Below are positions 11,507 to 24,800 of a DNA stretch of 54,367 nucleotides, one piece after another. Positions within the stretch are counted from its first letter, which is position 1, and the number at the start of each line of letters is the position of its first letter. Position numbers and translations under genes: made by a program. The notes under the pieces were generated by a model. It was not told the DNA's origin. It searched no databases and worked only from the letters and a program-made list of their open reading frames with translations. The DNA is from Macrostomum lignano (lineage: Eukaryota): positions 1 to 54,367 of the forward strand of contig NIVC01000564.1 in NCBI GenBank assembly GCA_002269645.1, read 5' to 3'.

Positions 11507-14500
11507 GTGAGTTATTATAGTTTCCATGCGTCTGATATCTATCATTTTTCATTAACTTAAACACAGCAGCTTTTCCCAGAACAGTCAGCGTGTGAGAACG
11601 CGTGTTTTTTTCATTTTCATAGCGTTAGTTAGAAATTAGATTTCATGTTTTTAGTCTGAGAGGTTATTAAGGTTATTAAGACGCAGTATAGTGAAGAGAA
11701 AGTGTTTTTTTGTTTTACACACAGGCTTGGAGGCAAGAATGCCTAGGTGGGACCGCCTGTCCGGCTCTCTCACACACAGGTATGTAGAGCCCCCGTGTGT
11801 AGTGTAATGTGTCTCCCCCCAGGGGATGGTTCTTAGTTGGCTAGCGATATGCTGCAGTTTCACCAGGCCCAAACGACACACACATAGAGGGGCTTGCTGC
11901 ATCTCTTGACACCTGGAGGAGAGGAGAGGTGATGAAGCAAGGCCAGATAGGGAGGGGGTGCCTGCCACTAGAGTCCTTATCAAGAGGTGTAAAACGGTTG
12001 TCAATCAAACGCTTGGAGGGGTGGGGTTGTGGGCTCGAGTGGGGGGTCGCGGAGTGAGGTTGTGTTGTTAAGGCCTGTGGCAGCGCAAAGTCACAGTGCA
12101 GCGGGTTGCCAGCACGCAGTGGCTTTGACAATTTTATAAAACATTTGCCCTTGTCGTCTGTCTGCCTGCCAGCCTGTCTGTCTGTCTGTCTGTGTTCGCG
12201 TGGGCGCTATCTGTGAAACACTAGCTATTTTTTACAACACGAAATCTTTCTCATTTGTAGGCCTTCTTTAAGTGTGTTTCTTCTGCAAGTAAATTTACTT
12301 TACCTGATTCGTATATTGTCATTATTAAAAACGGTTTTTAATCTCCAGCAGTGTGTTTCGTATCGGTGCGTGTTTTATTTTTATCTAGAGTAGTTCTTGT
12401 CAATTTTTGACAACCTGCCTGGACAGCGTCAGGATGTCTGGCGCCGTTCGGCCAGTGCCCTTGTGAAATAGAGTATGGATTCTTTTCTGACGGCTGGTTT
12501 TAGGCATTAACAATTCAGCCAATTTTCAGCTTAGCTTATTAAATCAGACAATTAAAATTCAATTTTATGAGTGCCAATTATGATTTTAAATCTATGATCC
12601 GATAATTATTATAACCGCCCTATGAAATTGCGGAAGCAGCGGACCGATCAATTTGCACCTTTTGTCACACCGACCCCTCATCCTGTTACGTTTTTACCTG
12701 CCAAACCGGATTTTTTTGGGGGATGATTTCATCTTATTGAAGTTCGCACCCACTCGAGGCTTTTGGCACCTGCTAACTCATTCTGAACACCATTCTTTAA
12801 TAATATTATTACTCCAGCCTCCTCACTTAAGCCCTTTTAATAGTGCGAAAGCTTTTGAGAATACGCGATTGGATGCTGGCTCGCCGCCTCTTCAGCCTCG
12901 AGCCGCTGAGGGCACCGCTTTCCCACTGCCTGCTCCTCCCCATCTCCCTCTCAGCAGCAGCTCTTCCCAAATCCCACATTCCCCTCCTCCTTTCCCTTCT
13001 TACTCTCCCCTCTTCACCTCCTCTCTCTGTATACCAAACTAATGACTTGTGTATCGGTAGGTCGGGCGGCCCAAGCCGAAATCTGATTGACACTTGAAAT
13101 CGACCAAATCCTGTAGTTGATTGACGCGGCCCTCGCAGGTCGGGGCGGAGCGGGGTTGGGAGGGGGAAGCGCGCCTCGTCCTCTCTCTGAAGCTATCCCC
13201 GTATCCGAATTTGCCAGCTTGCCACCCGAACCACTCCCCCCCATCTCTCCCCGTCTCTGCTTCCTCAGCATTTGCTGCAACAAGTCGCAAATGCACCATC
13301 CGCCCGATCCCCCGGGCGACCTCTCGGGGCAAAGCTTTGGAGCCCTTAGCTTGCTCGGCGTGAGGCCACTAAAAAGAATCAAAAAGGAGAGGGGGCAGGG
13401 AGATTTTTTTTAACTGTGTCGAGAAAGGCAAAGCGGGGGCTTTCAACCGGTGGGGTCTGATGCGGCCGAATCTGCGGGGATATATTATTCCGCAGCGTCC
13501 TTCGCAGCGGGAACTCTGCCCTACCACCGCCTGCTTATATGCATTTACTAGTAAGAGAAAATGCATTTCGAATATGCGCTACCCCGCTGTCCCGACCCAA
13601 CCAACCCCCTTTATAGATTGGGGGTGCTAGCACTACAGAGGCTAGGGGATAAATAGAAAAATCGCCCTGCACCCCCCATGGCCCGATGATTTCTCCTTAA
13701 TGACCGACTGGGGCTCCGCCTATTAATTCACAACAGTTGTATCGCTTGCTGCCATCACAACATGGTTTGCTTAGGAATTTTCTACTCTAATTATTATTTT
13801 CTTGTAGTATTGCTACGGCTTTTCTCCATATATAGAAGTTTTTATCAAGCAATCAATTGCACTAGGAAATAGAGATATTCCTAGCGTTTGATCCTTTGTT
13901 CCTATTTTATCAATGAACAGTCAGTAAACAGTGCAAGTCTTTGTTTACCTCAGTTCGATAGATTCTCTATCTTTTCTTCTTTTAAAAAAGAAGATTTTCA
14001 TCTTCACAGAGCCATTATAAAATAGAGTCTGAGAGAGTTAAGCGCTAGTGGCAGAATACAAGTAAACTACACCACGCCTGTTGCTTATGCAAAACAGTTG
14101 TTTCTTTACTTCAAACCTATGCTTCACTTTGGATTATTAAACATATAAATTGTGTAAACAGTTGCTTTGTTAGTTTCTGGGTACTTAGAGCGCCTCTGCA
14201 AGCTCCATAGCTACTCAAACTACTCATTGGTTTGTCTGTCGTTAAGATGGCCCGACGGCAATCAACTTGAATGTCCAGCTTCTCCTCCCACTCGAGTCAT
14301 CATCATCATATCTAGCTGTCTTAGGTTATGATTATAAGTGTCATAAATTTATGCATTTGCTATAATATAAGGCATGCGGGGCGGAGTCGTAGCCAGCCAA
14401 GGTAAGACATGGTGTTCTCAATTGTTCTCAAATTGGAGCTTGGAACAGAGGAACACAATATTTATCCCCACTTGTGACGCAGATATATTAGAGAGATAGA

Positions 14501-15180
14501 AAGTGGGACCAACTTCCCCAGCCGTGCCCTATGGCTTGTAGACACTCGAGTATCTTAAAGGTTAGCTAAGAGTAATCGAATTTTCTAAACTATAAGTATT
14601 TTAAAGATATAATACCATCAGATATTGTTAGTCTTAATTCCTAATAACTGGGTGACGACTAGAGGGGTTGAACTATATTTGATTGTTAGCCTATGGTCAA
14701 GTTGACGGTCTTCTCTGTATAATAAATAGTTATAGTATGTAGTAATAATAATATGAAATAGTCAAGCTGGACAGGCGGGGCAGGCGTTGGCCTGCAGTTT
14801 ATATTATTTTATACGCAACGCAGCGGCGGCCCCTTAGCCGTAGTAGCTTTCTAGCCAGAGAGGAGCGCCAGATGTCTGTTGTCTATGGCATGGACCCCGA
14901 CTGCGACAGGGGAGAGAGAAAGTGGCGGATGGGGGAGGAGCGGAACTGCAGGCCGCCTCCCCTTGTGGTGGTGCGGGTCCGTGAAGTGTCTGATTAAAAA
15001 TGCATCGAATATATTCGACTAGGCATGCCTTGGCTCTAGATTCTGTGAACCGTTTCCCCCATTTTGTTGAACAGCCATTAACCATAGATGAAATATTGAA
15101 GGAATTGTCGTCCGTCCGTCGGGCATTAAAAGTTGGCGACTGCGATCCCGCCGCGCCGCGCCGCCCCGCCCCGCCCCACC

Positions 15181-15211
<31 letters not shown>

Positions 15212-15477
15212 TGCTGGTGGTCACCCCTGTAGCGCTCAGGTGTCTGTCTGTCTCTAATGGCCAGGTGAAAGTCGAATTTGCATGTATGAGTGGACACGCG
15301 ACAGAAATTTGGGAATCAAATAATATAGGCAAAAGACATAGTTTTTAGGATCCGGGTTGGCAGACATATACCAACAGGACCCCCTTGACGACAAAAAATT
15401 GCTATATCACCGTTAAACTTTTGAGTTTTGATTTTATTAATTTTTAAATAGAATAGTGATAGTACACGTAAAAATCT

Positions 15478-15975
15478 ATCGGCGCTAAACTGGCGCTAAA
15501 GTCTCGCCTTTGGCGCTAAAATCTTGCTTTTGGCGCTAAATTGGCGCTGAAATCTCGCCTTTGGTGCTAGAATCTCACATTTGGCGCTAAATTGGCGCTC
15601 AAATCTCGATTTTGGTGCTAAATTGATGCTAAAACCTTGTCTTTGGCGCAAATTTTGGCGCTAAAATCTCATTTTGGCGCTAAAAACTCACCGTTGGCGC
15701 TAGAATCTCATCTTTGGCGCTAAAATCTAATCTTTGGCGCTAAAATCTCACTGTTGGCGCTAAAATCTCATCTTTGGCGCTAAAATCTCATCTTTGGCGC
15801 TAAAATCTTACCGTTGGCGCTAAAATCTGACGGTTGGCGCTAAAATCTCACCTTAGGCGCTAAAATATCATCGTTGGCGCTAATATCTCATTTTGGCGCT
15901 AAAATCTCACCGTTGGCGCTAAAATCTCATCTTTGGCGCTAAAATCTCGCTTTTAGCGCTAAATTGGCGCTCAAA
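15478..15975. repeat. GGCGCTAAA-family ~20-bp minisatellite
   Basis: Unit ~(t/c)ttggcgctaaaatctca; the same core recurs at 19115-19842, 30335-30655 and 36643-36712. Confidence 0.92.
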
Positions 15976-17869
15976 TATTCTGTTCACTGACTGAGAACGG
16001 AGATTGGCAAAATGGTTTGCTAGTTATTAATTGTCTGGTCAGAATGTAATTATATTCCTTAAATTGTCTGGAAATTCCCCAAAGCTCCTTTACAAGCTCC
16101 CGTTTACAGCATAATTAGTGCAGTGGCTGGCTTCATTAAATTTATAGATGACAACAGATGATAGCAGTTCTTTACGCGCTTTTTCTCCCCAGTTATTTTT
16201 TTCAAGCCTACGCTCGTATAGTATTCGTAGTTCCCTACTGCTAAAAATTCAGATTTTTTTGCTGTAGGCAATGATGCAAATTCAATTATAGAGAGAATAA
16301 TTGTTGTAAGTAATTCTCCCTAATGACCAAATTAAGTGGCAAAGGGTTTGACTAGATTCCTGTTAAAAGAAAAAAAACCTTAATTACGCATCTGTGCCTG
16401 AAGGTGAGGTGCGAGAGAAAAAAAACGGCAAATTTTAAAACGGGTTTAAAAGCCAAATGCTTTTATAACTGGGTTTTTTCCCCTGCGCTTCGGCTTGAAA
16501 AAATATGACACGCGAAATCAGATTCTGGGAATCTTGCGAGCCCCAAGGTTTCTTTATAAGGTGGTCGGTAGGAAGATGGTTTATTAACACGCTTATGTTA
16601 GAGTGAGAGAGAGAGAGTGTGTGAGTGATATATGGCTGATAGGTAGACGCGCGCGAGAGGTCCCACAGCGCGGCGCCGCTGACACCAAATCTTTGGTTTG
16701 GTTCGGGCCGGGCACAGATTTGCGGCATCGATAACTAAAGCCAAGTGTGCGAGAGCAGCGCGCGCAAACATCGCATCTAAGGAAGGAGAAGAAGCTGTCT
16801 TGACATCGCATTAAAAACTGCGCTTGCGGCGGCGCAAAACTAATACAAAATAGTTATGGAAGCATCTCTCTCTCTCTCTCTGACTGATGGACACCTAGGA
16901 TGGAGAGGATGGGCCGGCGGGGCAGCAGCGGGGTTATTTTTATCTTTCGGTTCACTTTTTCTCGCCAGAATTTCACAGCTGTGTTATGCGATGGAGATAC
17001 GCGAGAGGAGGGGGCAGGAGCCGGAGGAGTGAAAGTGAGCCAGGGGCGGCTGCGGGGGGCACCTGAAAGTCTTGATGGCTTCCTTCAGATGGCTTATTCT
17101 GCCTCCACCCCTTCAAACTAACTGGATAGCGCAGCCTCACTGTTTCACTTCTCTGTCTCTATCTGGCTTTGAACAGGCTATTGCCTTCTTTCTTCTTTCG
17201 CGTGTCTTCTTCTTTTTCTAATCTAATCGACTGTTTTGCCGGATCGCAGCCTCCAACCCCCAAAGCCGTGTTGCCTGCCTGTTCGCAGCGTTTTGTTTCC
17301 TGTGCTGGCAAAGCTGTGATCAGCTGCAGCAGCCATTTTGCCCGGCTACTGCTTGCCGCTGGATTGCCCACCCAAGGTGTGGCGGCGCCCGCTTGCCCTG
17401 GGGATGGCTGAGGTTGGGACCTCCGCAACAGATAGCTTGTGTATGGAGCTGTTATAGTTAAGAGATTGGCAATCTTTCTATTCAATCTGTCCGCTTGTGT
17501 GCGCGTGTGTGTTCCTGCGGCTGCAGTTCAGCTGACAGGGAAAGTGGAAAATTGTTTGGAATGAACAGAAGTCAGGGAGAGACCTTTATGGCTCTGACAG
17601 AAAAAAAATTTGCGACACATTTTTGCAGCTTGTATATTTGCTGGCAAAGTGTTGAAAACAATTTTTTCGAGGTTTTTTAACTCTTAAAAATCTTTGCGTC
17701 GAAAATCTTTTGGTTTTGTGATTTTTTGGCTTCTTGGCATATAACAGCGGCAACACAGCACGCTGTTATAAGAGGTCTTGATGAACAGCGCCACAGGGCG
17801 CGTCTGTGCGTCAGGCAGCAGCACCTCTTCCACCGGCTGTGGACAGTAGAGTAGGGCTCAAGTACGTCG

Positions 17870-17991
17870 CAAGCGCGCAAATTGATAATTAAGCACTGGC
17901 ACAAGCGCGCAGATTGATAATCAAGCACTGGCACAAGCGCGCAGATTGATAATCAAGCACCGGCACAAGCGCACGCAGATTGATAATCAAA
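17870..17991. repeat. 32-bp tandem repeat x~4
   Basis: Unit caagcgcgcagattgataatcaagcactggca starting at 17870, 17902, 17934 and 17966. Confidence 0.9.
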
Positions 17992-18986
17992 CATGATAGT
18001 GATTGAGGTCAAAATTGTCACACAGGTCATAATGGTTTTGCGCGCTAAACTTGCTAAAAAATACGCATGCGCACTTATTCAGACCTCCCGCGCCGGAATA
18101 TCAGCACATTCTTCGCCCTAGCAACTAAATATATAGATATGGCAGACTAAAACGAAATGGGCATTAGAATTGGATTTTTAAATTGACAAGCATGCAGAAC
18201 ATCTATCAGGGGTTTCTACCAGGCCATGAATCTAATTATATCTAACATGTGTAATGCTTGCAGATGAGTTGCAGTGTATTGCGAGCAATTGCCAATGCTA
18301 GGCATGCTTGGGATAAGTGGACGAGAAGTAAACAGATACAGCAGTGGCTGCTCTCCGCGTCTTAGGCTTAGGAGACACTTCTTCACCAAGTGTTGAAGTG
18401 TCAGCCTTGGTGATAAAATATGAATTTCATTCCCTACCCTGCCTCTCTTCTGCCGCCTGTTTGAGAAAATTAACTCAAAACTGATGGCGCCTTGTAAAGG
18501 AGAATTGCCCACGGTTTTTATCCTTTCTTTCTTTCTCCCTCCGTGTTAGCTGGGAAGGGGGGCGGGCTGCACACTCGAGGCAATGCCTTAGTAGGGTATG
18601 TGTGCGTACGGGCTTGTACAAATATTGAATCATTTCGGCATCAATTCTCGCTCTGGTCGAGGAGATGAGGGTGATGGGGCGCCTTATCGGAAGAATTGTA
18701 GGGCTTAACAGTTTTTGAGTAAGTCAGTTGTAACTCGTGCGACGGTATCTGTCTTCTGTGTTTCTAACGCTAGTTCAAGGTGGCGGCCCCGAACCCGAAA
18801 CCTGAGTAGCAACTCTTCTCCAAACACACATTTTCAGGCAGGCTGACTGCAAGTTTTCTCAGTTTCGACTTCTGCTTGGTCAAACTGAATTTTTGTGAAG
18901 CTATCTAAGAAGTAGCTTCATATTTTCTATTTTATACGATGATATTCGCACACGGGCTAGTTATTTGGCACAAAATGAAACCATTG

Positions 18987-19982
18987 CAGTGGTGTAGTCA
19001 AGGGGGTCAGAGGGGTCGCAACCCCCAGATTGCTGACCAGTAAAATTTTGGGTCTTAGTTTTTGCAATTGTTAGAAAAAGGTTGTGGTACGAGGCACGAC
19101 TTTATAAGCTAAAATCTCGCCTTTGGCGCTAAATTGGCGCGTAAGTCCACTTTGGCGCTAAATTGGCGCCCAAATCTTCCATTCGGCGCTAAATTGGCGC
19201 TAAAGTCTTTCATTCGGCGCTAAATTGGCGCTAAAATCTTCCATTCGGCGCTAAATTGGCGCTAAAGTCTTTCATTCGGCGCTAAATTGGCGCTAAAATC
19301 TTCTATTCGGCGCTAAATTGGCGCATAAGTCTTTCATTCGGCGCTAAATTGGCGCTAAAATCTTCCATTCGGCACTAAATTGGCTCTTAAGTCTTTCATT
19401 CGGCGCTAAATTGGCGCTAAAAACTTCCATTCGGCACTAAATTGGCGCTAAAGTCTTTCATTCGGCGCTAAATTGGCGCTAAAATCTTCCATTCGGCACT
19501 AAATTGGCGCTAAAATCTTCCATTCGGCACTAAATTGGCACTAAAATCTTCCATTCGGCACTAAATTGGCTCTTAAGTCTTTCATTCGGCGCTAAATTGG
19601 CGCTAAAATCTTCCATTCGGCACTAAATTGGCGCTAAAGTCTTTCATTCGGCACTAAATTGGCGCTAAAGTCTTTCATTCGGCGCTAAATTGGCGCTAAA
19701 ATCTTCCATTCGGCGCTAAGTTGGCGCTAAAGTTTCATTCGGCGCTAAATTGGCGCTAAAATCTTCCATTCTGCGCTAAATGGGCGCTAAAGTCTTGCAT
19801 TCGGCGCTAAATTGGCGCTAAAATCTTACATTCGGCGCTAAAGTATGTTCTACTGACAGGAATCTGGAACTCTGCCCCCCCCTCCCCGACATTATGTTAC
19901 AATGGCATTGACTCCGGGTGTTGTGGCTCTGGCTCGTGACCACCCCCTTCCCCAGATGAAAATCCATCTGACTAAGCCACTG
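18987..19982. mobile_element. Probable MITE (hAT-like CAGTGG termini) carrying a GGCGCTAAA minisatellite (19115-19842)
   Basis: Left cagtggtgtagtc vs reverse complement of right end cagtggcttagtc. The candidate 8-bp TSD is only 5/8 identical (aaccattg / agttattg). Confidence 0.55.
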
Positions 19983-20815
19983 AGTTATTGCAATCAAAAT
20001 CTGTCAAGGAATGTTAAAACTGTCTGCATCGTTAACTTTTTTGTTTTCACTTTGAAAATTTAAACAATAAATTTAGATTGCAATCCAAGATCTCAGAAGA
20101 AGTAATACTGTAGTTGTTACAGGTTTTTAATGGGGCCTCTTTATTCGCTATCTGTCTCAAAGTTTGTGTCAACAATTGAGCTAAAAGGCCAAGCCACAGC
20201 GGATCTCTTGGTAATTTGTTATCTCGGCTTGTTGCGAAGGCATAGACGGCATTTTCAATGCGAGCGTGGCTTTTATATTTGACTAAACTGGAAGGCCTGC
20301 TGTTAGCCCTGTTTATAAGGGGCCGGGACTCGTGACCTGCGGTCTTGAACCTGTTTGCTTGATCTGAGAGTGTGTGCTTATACGAGCGTATAGGGTGGAG
20401 TAGGGCAATGTATATAAGGCATGGGTAATCGGCTGGCTCTTTTGTTAATAAATAGAATTACATTTTGTCAATAAAGTGTTGCAAGCGTAGGGCTTAGAAA
20501 CCCGGCTTGGCCTGCCCTCTGACCTCTGAGTCTCCGGGGCCTCGACAGCTTGCGGCTTGTTTTACTGTTATTTAGGCATCCCCATATGCCACCTCCCTAT
20601 ATGCATTTATAACATTGCCAACCGCATAGGCAACAACTGGCCTAGATGTGCCGGGCGCGCATCTGATTTTTGATTTATTTTTTTCACACGCCAGTCCTTC
20701 GTTAACTTGGTAACGATGTGTCACCACAGGGGGGTTACCCTTGTGCGCTTGTAACTCTCGGTGTGTTTACGCATATTCCCGGCTGGGAATAAGTTCGCTG
20801 GGGCGCTTTCACAGA

Positions 20816-21705
20816 CAAGAAGCTTCACAAACTAGAAGCTTCACAAGCTAGAAGCTTCACAAACTAGAAGCTTCACAAACAAGAAGCTTCACAAACTAAA
20901 AGATTCACAAACTAAAAGCTTTACAAACTAAAAGCTTCACAAACTAAAAGTTTCACAAACTAGAAGCTTCACTAACTAGAAGCTTCACAAACTATTCTAG
21001 AAGTTTCACAAACTAAAAGCTTCACAAACTAGAAGCTTCACAAACTATTCTAGAAGTTTCACAAACTAAAAGCTTCACAAACTAGAAGCTTCACAAACTA
21101 GAAGCTTCACAAACTAGAAGCTTCACAAACTAAAAGCTTCACAAACTAAAAGCTTCACAAACTAAAAGCTTCACAAACTAGAAGCTTCACAAACTATTCT
21201 AGAAGTTTCAAAAACTAGAAGCTTCACAAACTAGAAGCTTCACAAACTAGAAGCTTCACAAACTAGAAGCTTCACAAACTAGAAGCTTCACAAACAAGAA
21301 GCTTCACAAACTAAAAGATTCACAAACTAAAAGCTTTACAAACTAGAAGCTTCACAAGCTAGAAGCTTCACAAACTAGAAGCTTCACAAACTAGAAGCTT
21401 CACAAACTAGAAGCTTCACAAACTAAAAGCTTCACAAACTAGAAGCTTCACAAGCTAGAAGCTTCACAAACTAGAAGCTTCACAAACTAGAAGCTTCACA
21501 AACTATTCTAGAAGTTTCACAAACTAAAAGCTTCACAAACTAGAAGCTTCACAAGCTAGAAGCTTCACAAACTAGAAGCTTCACAAACTAGAAGCTTCAC
21601 AAACTAGAAGCTTCACAAACTAAAAGCTTCACAAACTAGAAGCTTCACAAACTAGACGCTTCACAAGCTAGAAGCTTCACAAACTAGAAGCTTCACAAAC
21701 TAGAA
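20816..21705. repeat. 16-bp minisatellite, ~55 copies
   Basis: Unit agaagcttcacaaact with occasional tattct insertions. Confidence 0.97.
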
Positions 21706-23127
21706 ACCAGGCGCGGTCTGCTCCTGAAACATCAGTTGGCTTTAGGGAGAAATTTTCTCACGGCAATCGCCGACAAGGGGTCGCGTGGCTGTGTAAGGGC
21801 GGAGCCAGGATGTTTCTGCGACGCAATCTCCTAGAAGCAGCAGACTTGGATGAGAATAATAGGCGCTGAAACTGATGCGGGCAGTTGAGGGAGAGAATGG
21901 TTTCGATATCCCCGCCCCGGCATCGCCATTATTATTTGAAGCTTTTCCTCTCGGCGCCTTGCCAGAGTCGAGAGTCTATTGTGCTCCGAGGCCCGCCGCT
22001 TGTCAGTCAAAATAAATTTTTGAAAAGAGAACATGGGGGCGGGCGGCATAGCGCTTAGAAGACGGCGCTCGGAGCTCTAAGTGAGTTCTGGGACCAGCGC
22101 GTGGCTAAAGCCCAACCCTCCGCTTCCTCTCCCATGCTCAACCATCGGCTCTTTTCCTCAATTCAACTTGCCGAAAAATTGGGACCAAAAATTCAACAGG
22201 ATTGTGGGCCCCGCCCCCCTCAATTCTCGGACCATTTTCCTTCTCTATTCTGTGTGGCGCCCCCTGTGGCGCGAGATAAAAATGTGAAAGGTGTGAGGAG
22301 AGCCCGGTGAGAGAGGGGGAAGTGTCGGCCATACGGAAGGAAAGGAAAGGAAAAAGTGGGCGGAGCTGCCGGCACTTTACTCTCCCCATGTCGTAGTTCC
22401 CCTTCTCTCTCACTCACTCTCTCTCTCTGCGGGATTTTCGCGTCAACAATTCGCCCTCCTGCTCTGTGCCGCAACCCGAGCTGCCGCCGCCGCCGCAATG
22501 GAGAAGATTGGCTGGGAGCACTCGTAATTCACACGCGGAGAGGGACAGAGACACTGAGAACTGCCAATCTTTCAAATGATTTTAGGCTTTAGAGTGAGGG
22601 AGAGAGAGAGAGTTTGTGAGAGAATATTTTGGTAGGAAATGGCCGCAGTTTTCAAGTGTTAGAAGAGTGAGGGGAGCAGGGCCCAGTAGACTAGATATGT
22701 GGCGCGCCATGGGAGAGAGCTGTGTCGGCATGGAGAGTGAGAGAGAGTTCTTTTTCTAAAAAAATCAATGACGAATGATTGGCATGAGGCGGGACCGGCC
22801 TGAAAGGTTCCCGAGAAAGGTTCCAGTTCATTTGCTGGCGTAGCATTCTAACTAATCATTTCTTTTTCATCTTTCCGCCCCTCTGCTGGCGCACTGTTCA
22901 CTTCTTCAAGCTGTTTTAGGTTTTCAATCTTCAGTCTTTAGTTTGAGTCCTTGGATTGGTCTGCCGCTGTTTCTGTGGCTCTTCTATTTCTGTGGCTTCT
23001 CAGTTCTTATTGCCACCTGGATACCAGTGGAATGGCTTTTGGTAGTGATTTTATTCGGGCTTAAAAAGTTTCGGCATGTTCTATTATCTTATGGATGAGA
23101 TTATTTAGTTTTTTAGCGTTTCACTGC

Positions 23128-23635
23128 CCTAAGGGTGAGATTTTGTTTCTTAAGGGTAAGATTTTGTAGTCTATGGCTGCTGTTCTAAGGGTGAGATTTT
23201 GTAGTCTATGGCTGCTGTCTTAAGGGTGAGATTTTGTAGTCTATGGGTACTGTCCTAAGGGTGAGATTTTGTAGTTTTTAGCTACTATCCTAAGGGTGAG
23301 ATTTTTTTCCTTAAGGTGAGATTTTGTTCCTTAAGGATGAGATTTTGTAGTTTTTGGCTACCGTCCTAAGGGTGAGATTTTGTTCCTTAAGGATGAGATT
23401 TTGTAGTTTTTGGCTACCGTCCTAAGGGTGAGATTTTGTTCCTTAAGGATGAGATTTTGTAGTTTTTGGCTACCGTCCTAAGGGTGAGATTGTGTTCCTT
23501 AAGGATGAGATTTTGTAGTTTTCGGCTGCTGTTCTAAGGGTGAGATTTTGCTCCTTAAGGGTGAGATTTTGTAGTCTATGGCTCTCTCTATGGAGTGAAC
23601 TTTGGTCTTTCGCTTTTTAATGGGTGAGAGTTTGT
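23128..23635. repeat. Composite 20/39-bp minisatellite; related copies at 24598-24800
   Basis: Recurring ctaagggtgagattttg core on both sides of the homeodomain exon. Confidence 0.85.
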
Positions 23636-23781
23636 AGACTAAGACTATCCTACCCGCAAGTACTGAGATTTTGTAATGCGATTTTAACTGAGCTCAACGC
23701 CCGTTATCAAAATTGCTAAGAAAGAAAAAACAATAATATTTCTCCAATCAGTGAGCACAAATCCCCGATCTTCATCTGCAG

Positions 23782-24496
23782 CATCCGTACCCGACCGAGG
23801 ACGAGAAGCGGCAGCTGGCGGGCCAGACCAACCTGACCCTGCTGCAGGTGAACAACTGGTTCATTAACGCTCGCCGGCGCATCCTCCAACCGATGCTGGA
23901 TGCCTCATCGCCCGAGAGTAGCCAGAAGAAGAAAAAAGCTCAACAAAATCGGCCAAGCAATGTCCGCTTCTGGCCGGCTAATCTCGCTAGTAGTCAGGCG
24001 GCCGCGGCGGCAGCTGCAGCTGCGGCAGCATCGGCTCCGACTGGCAAGTCCTCGGCGGCGCACCAGCAGCAGCAGCTCCAGTCATCGTCTGGTCCAACTG
24101 GAGTAGTCAAGGAGGAGGCGGTCTCTAGCCAGCAGCAGCAGCAGCATCACGACACTAAGCCTCTGCTAGGCCTGTATCCCCATCATCAGCTCCATCAGCA
24201 GCAGTTGCCGCCATTTCATCAGCAGCAAGCTGGCTTCGGCACCCCAGCGTCAGCGGCCCAGCTGTCCAACCCGATGCCCAATCCCGTCGACTCCGACGAC
24301 GACGGTGGCAGCTACGACGAAGCCGGCGACGATTCTGACGGGCCAGACGAGGACGACGAGGTCGCCGATGCCGTTGCTGGCGTCGGCGGGGCCGGAGGCG
24401 GCGGCAGCGGCGGCGTTGGCGGCGGTTTTGGGCATTCGGCCCAGCACCAGCATCAGCACCTTCACCAGCAGCACCAGCAGTACCTGGCGCAGCACA
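23782..24496 (+). CDS. PKNOX: PREP/PKNOX exon: second half of homeodomain plus polyQ/acidic C-terminal region (reads to stop 24522 if unspliced)
   Basis: Acceptor catctgcag at 23781; [42 protein letters not shown] is the Prep-diagnostic TALE homeodomain. Candidate donor gtgagc at 24497 (phase 1). Confidence 0.93.
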
Positions 24497-24800
24497 GTGA
24501 GCGACTGTTTATTTATTTTTAGCGGGAAAATTATTATGCTACTATCAGTAGATTAGCTGGGATTTGAACTAATAGACATGCATTGCCTTTGTATTAAATA
24601 GGGTGAGTTTTTTTGTAGTCATCTACTATCCCATGTGGTGAGATTTTGCAGTTTATTCACTTTTCCATGGAGTGAGATTTTGTAGTTATCTACTATCCCA
24701 TGTGGTGAGATTTTGTAGTTATCTACTATCCCATGGGGTGAGATTTTGTAGTTATCTACTATTCCATGGGGTGAGATTTTGTAAGCTGTTTACTATCCTA

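Noticed and set aside
11507-11560. Homeodomain-less isoform by read-through into the big intron (stop at 11560)
   Set aside because: Any retained intron gives such a stop, and I see no convincing nearby poly(A) signal.
9594-24496. Calling the TALE gene Meis/homothorax
   Set aside because: [37 protein letters not shown] and ELEKVNELC.DFC are PREP/PKNOX-type, not Meis-type (GIFPK, PSEEQKK, IVQPMIDQS).
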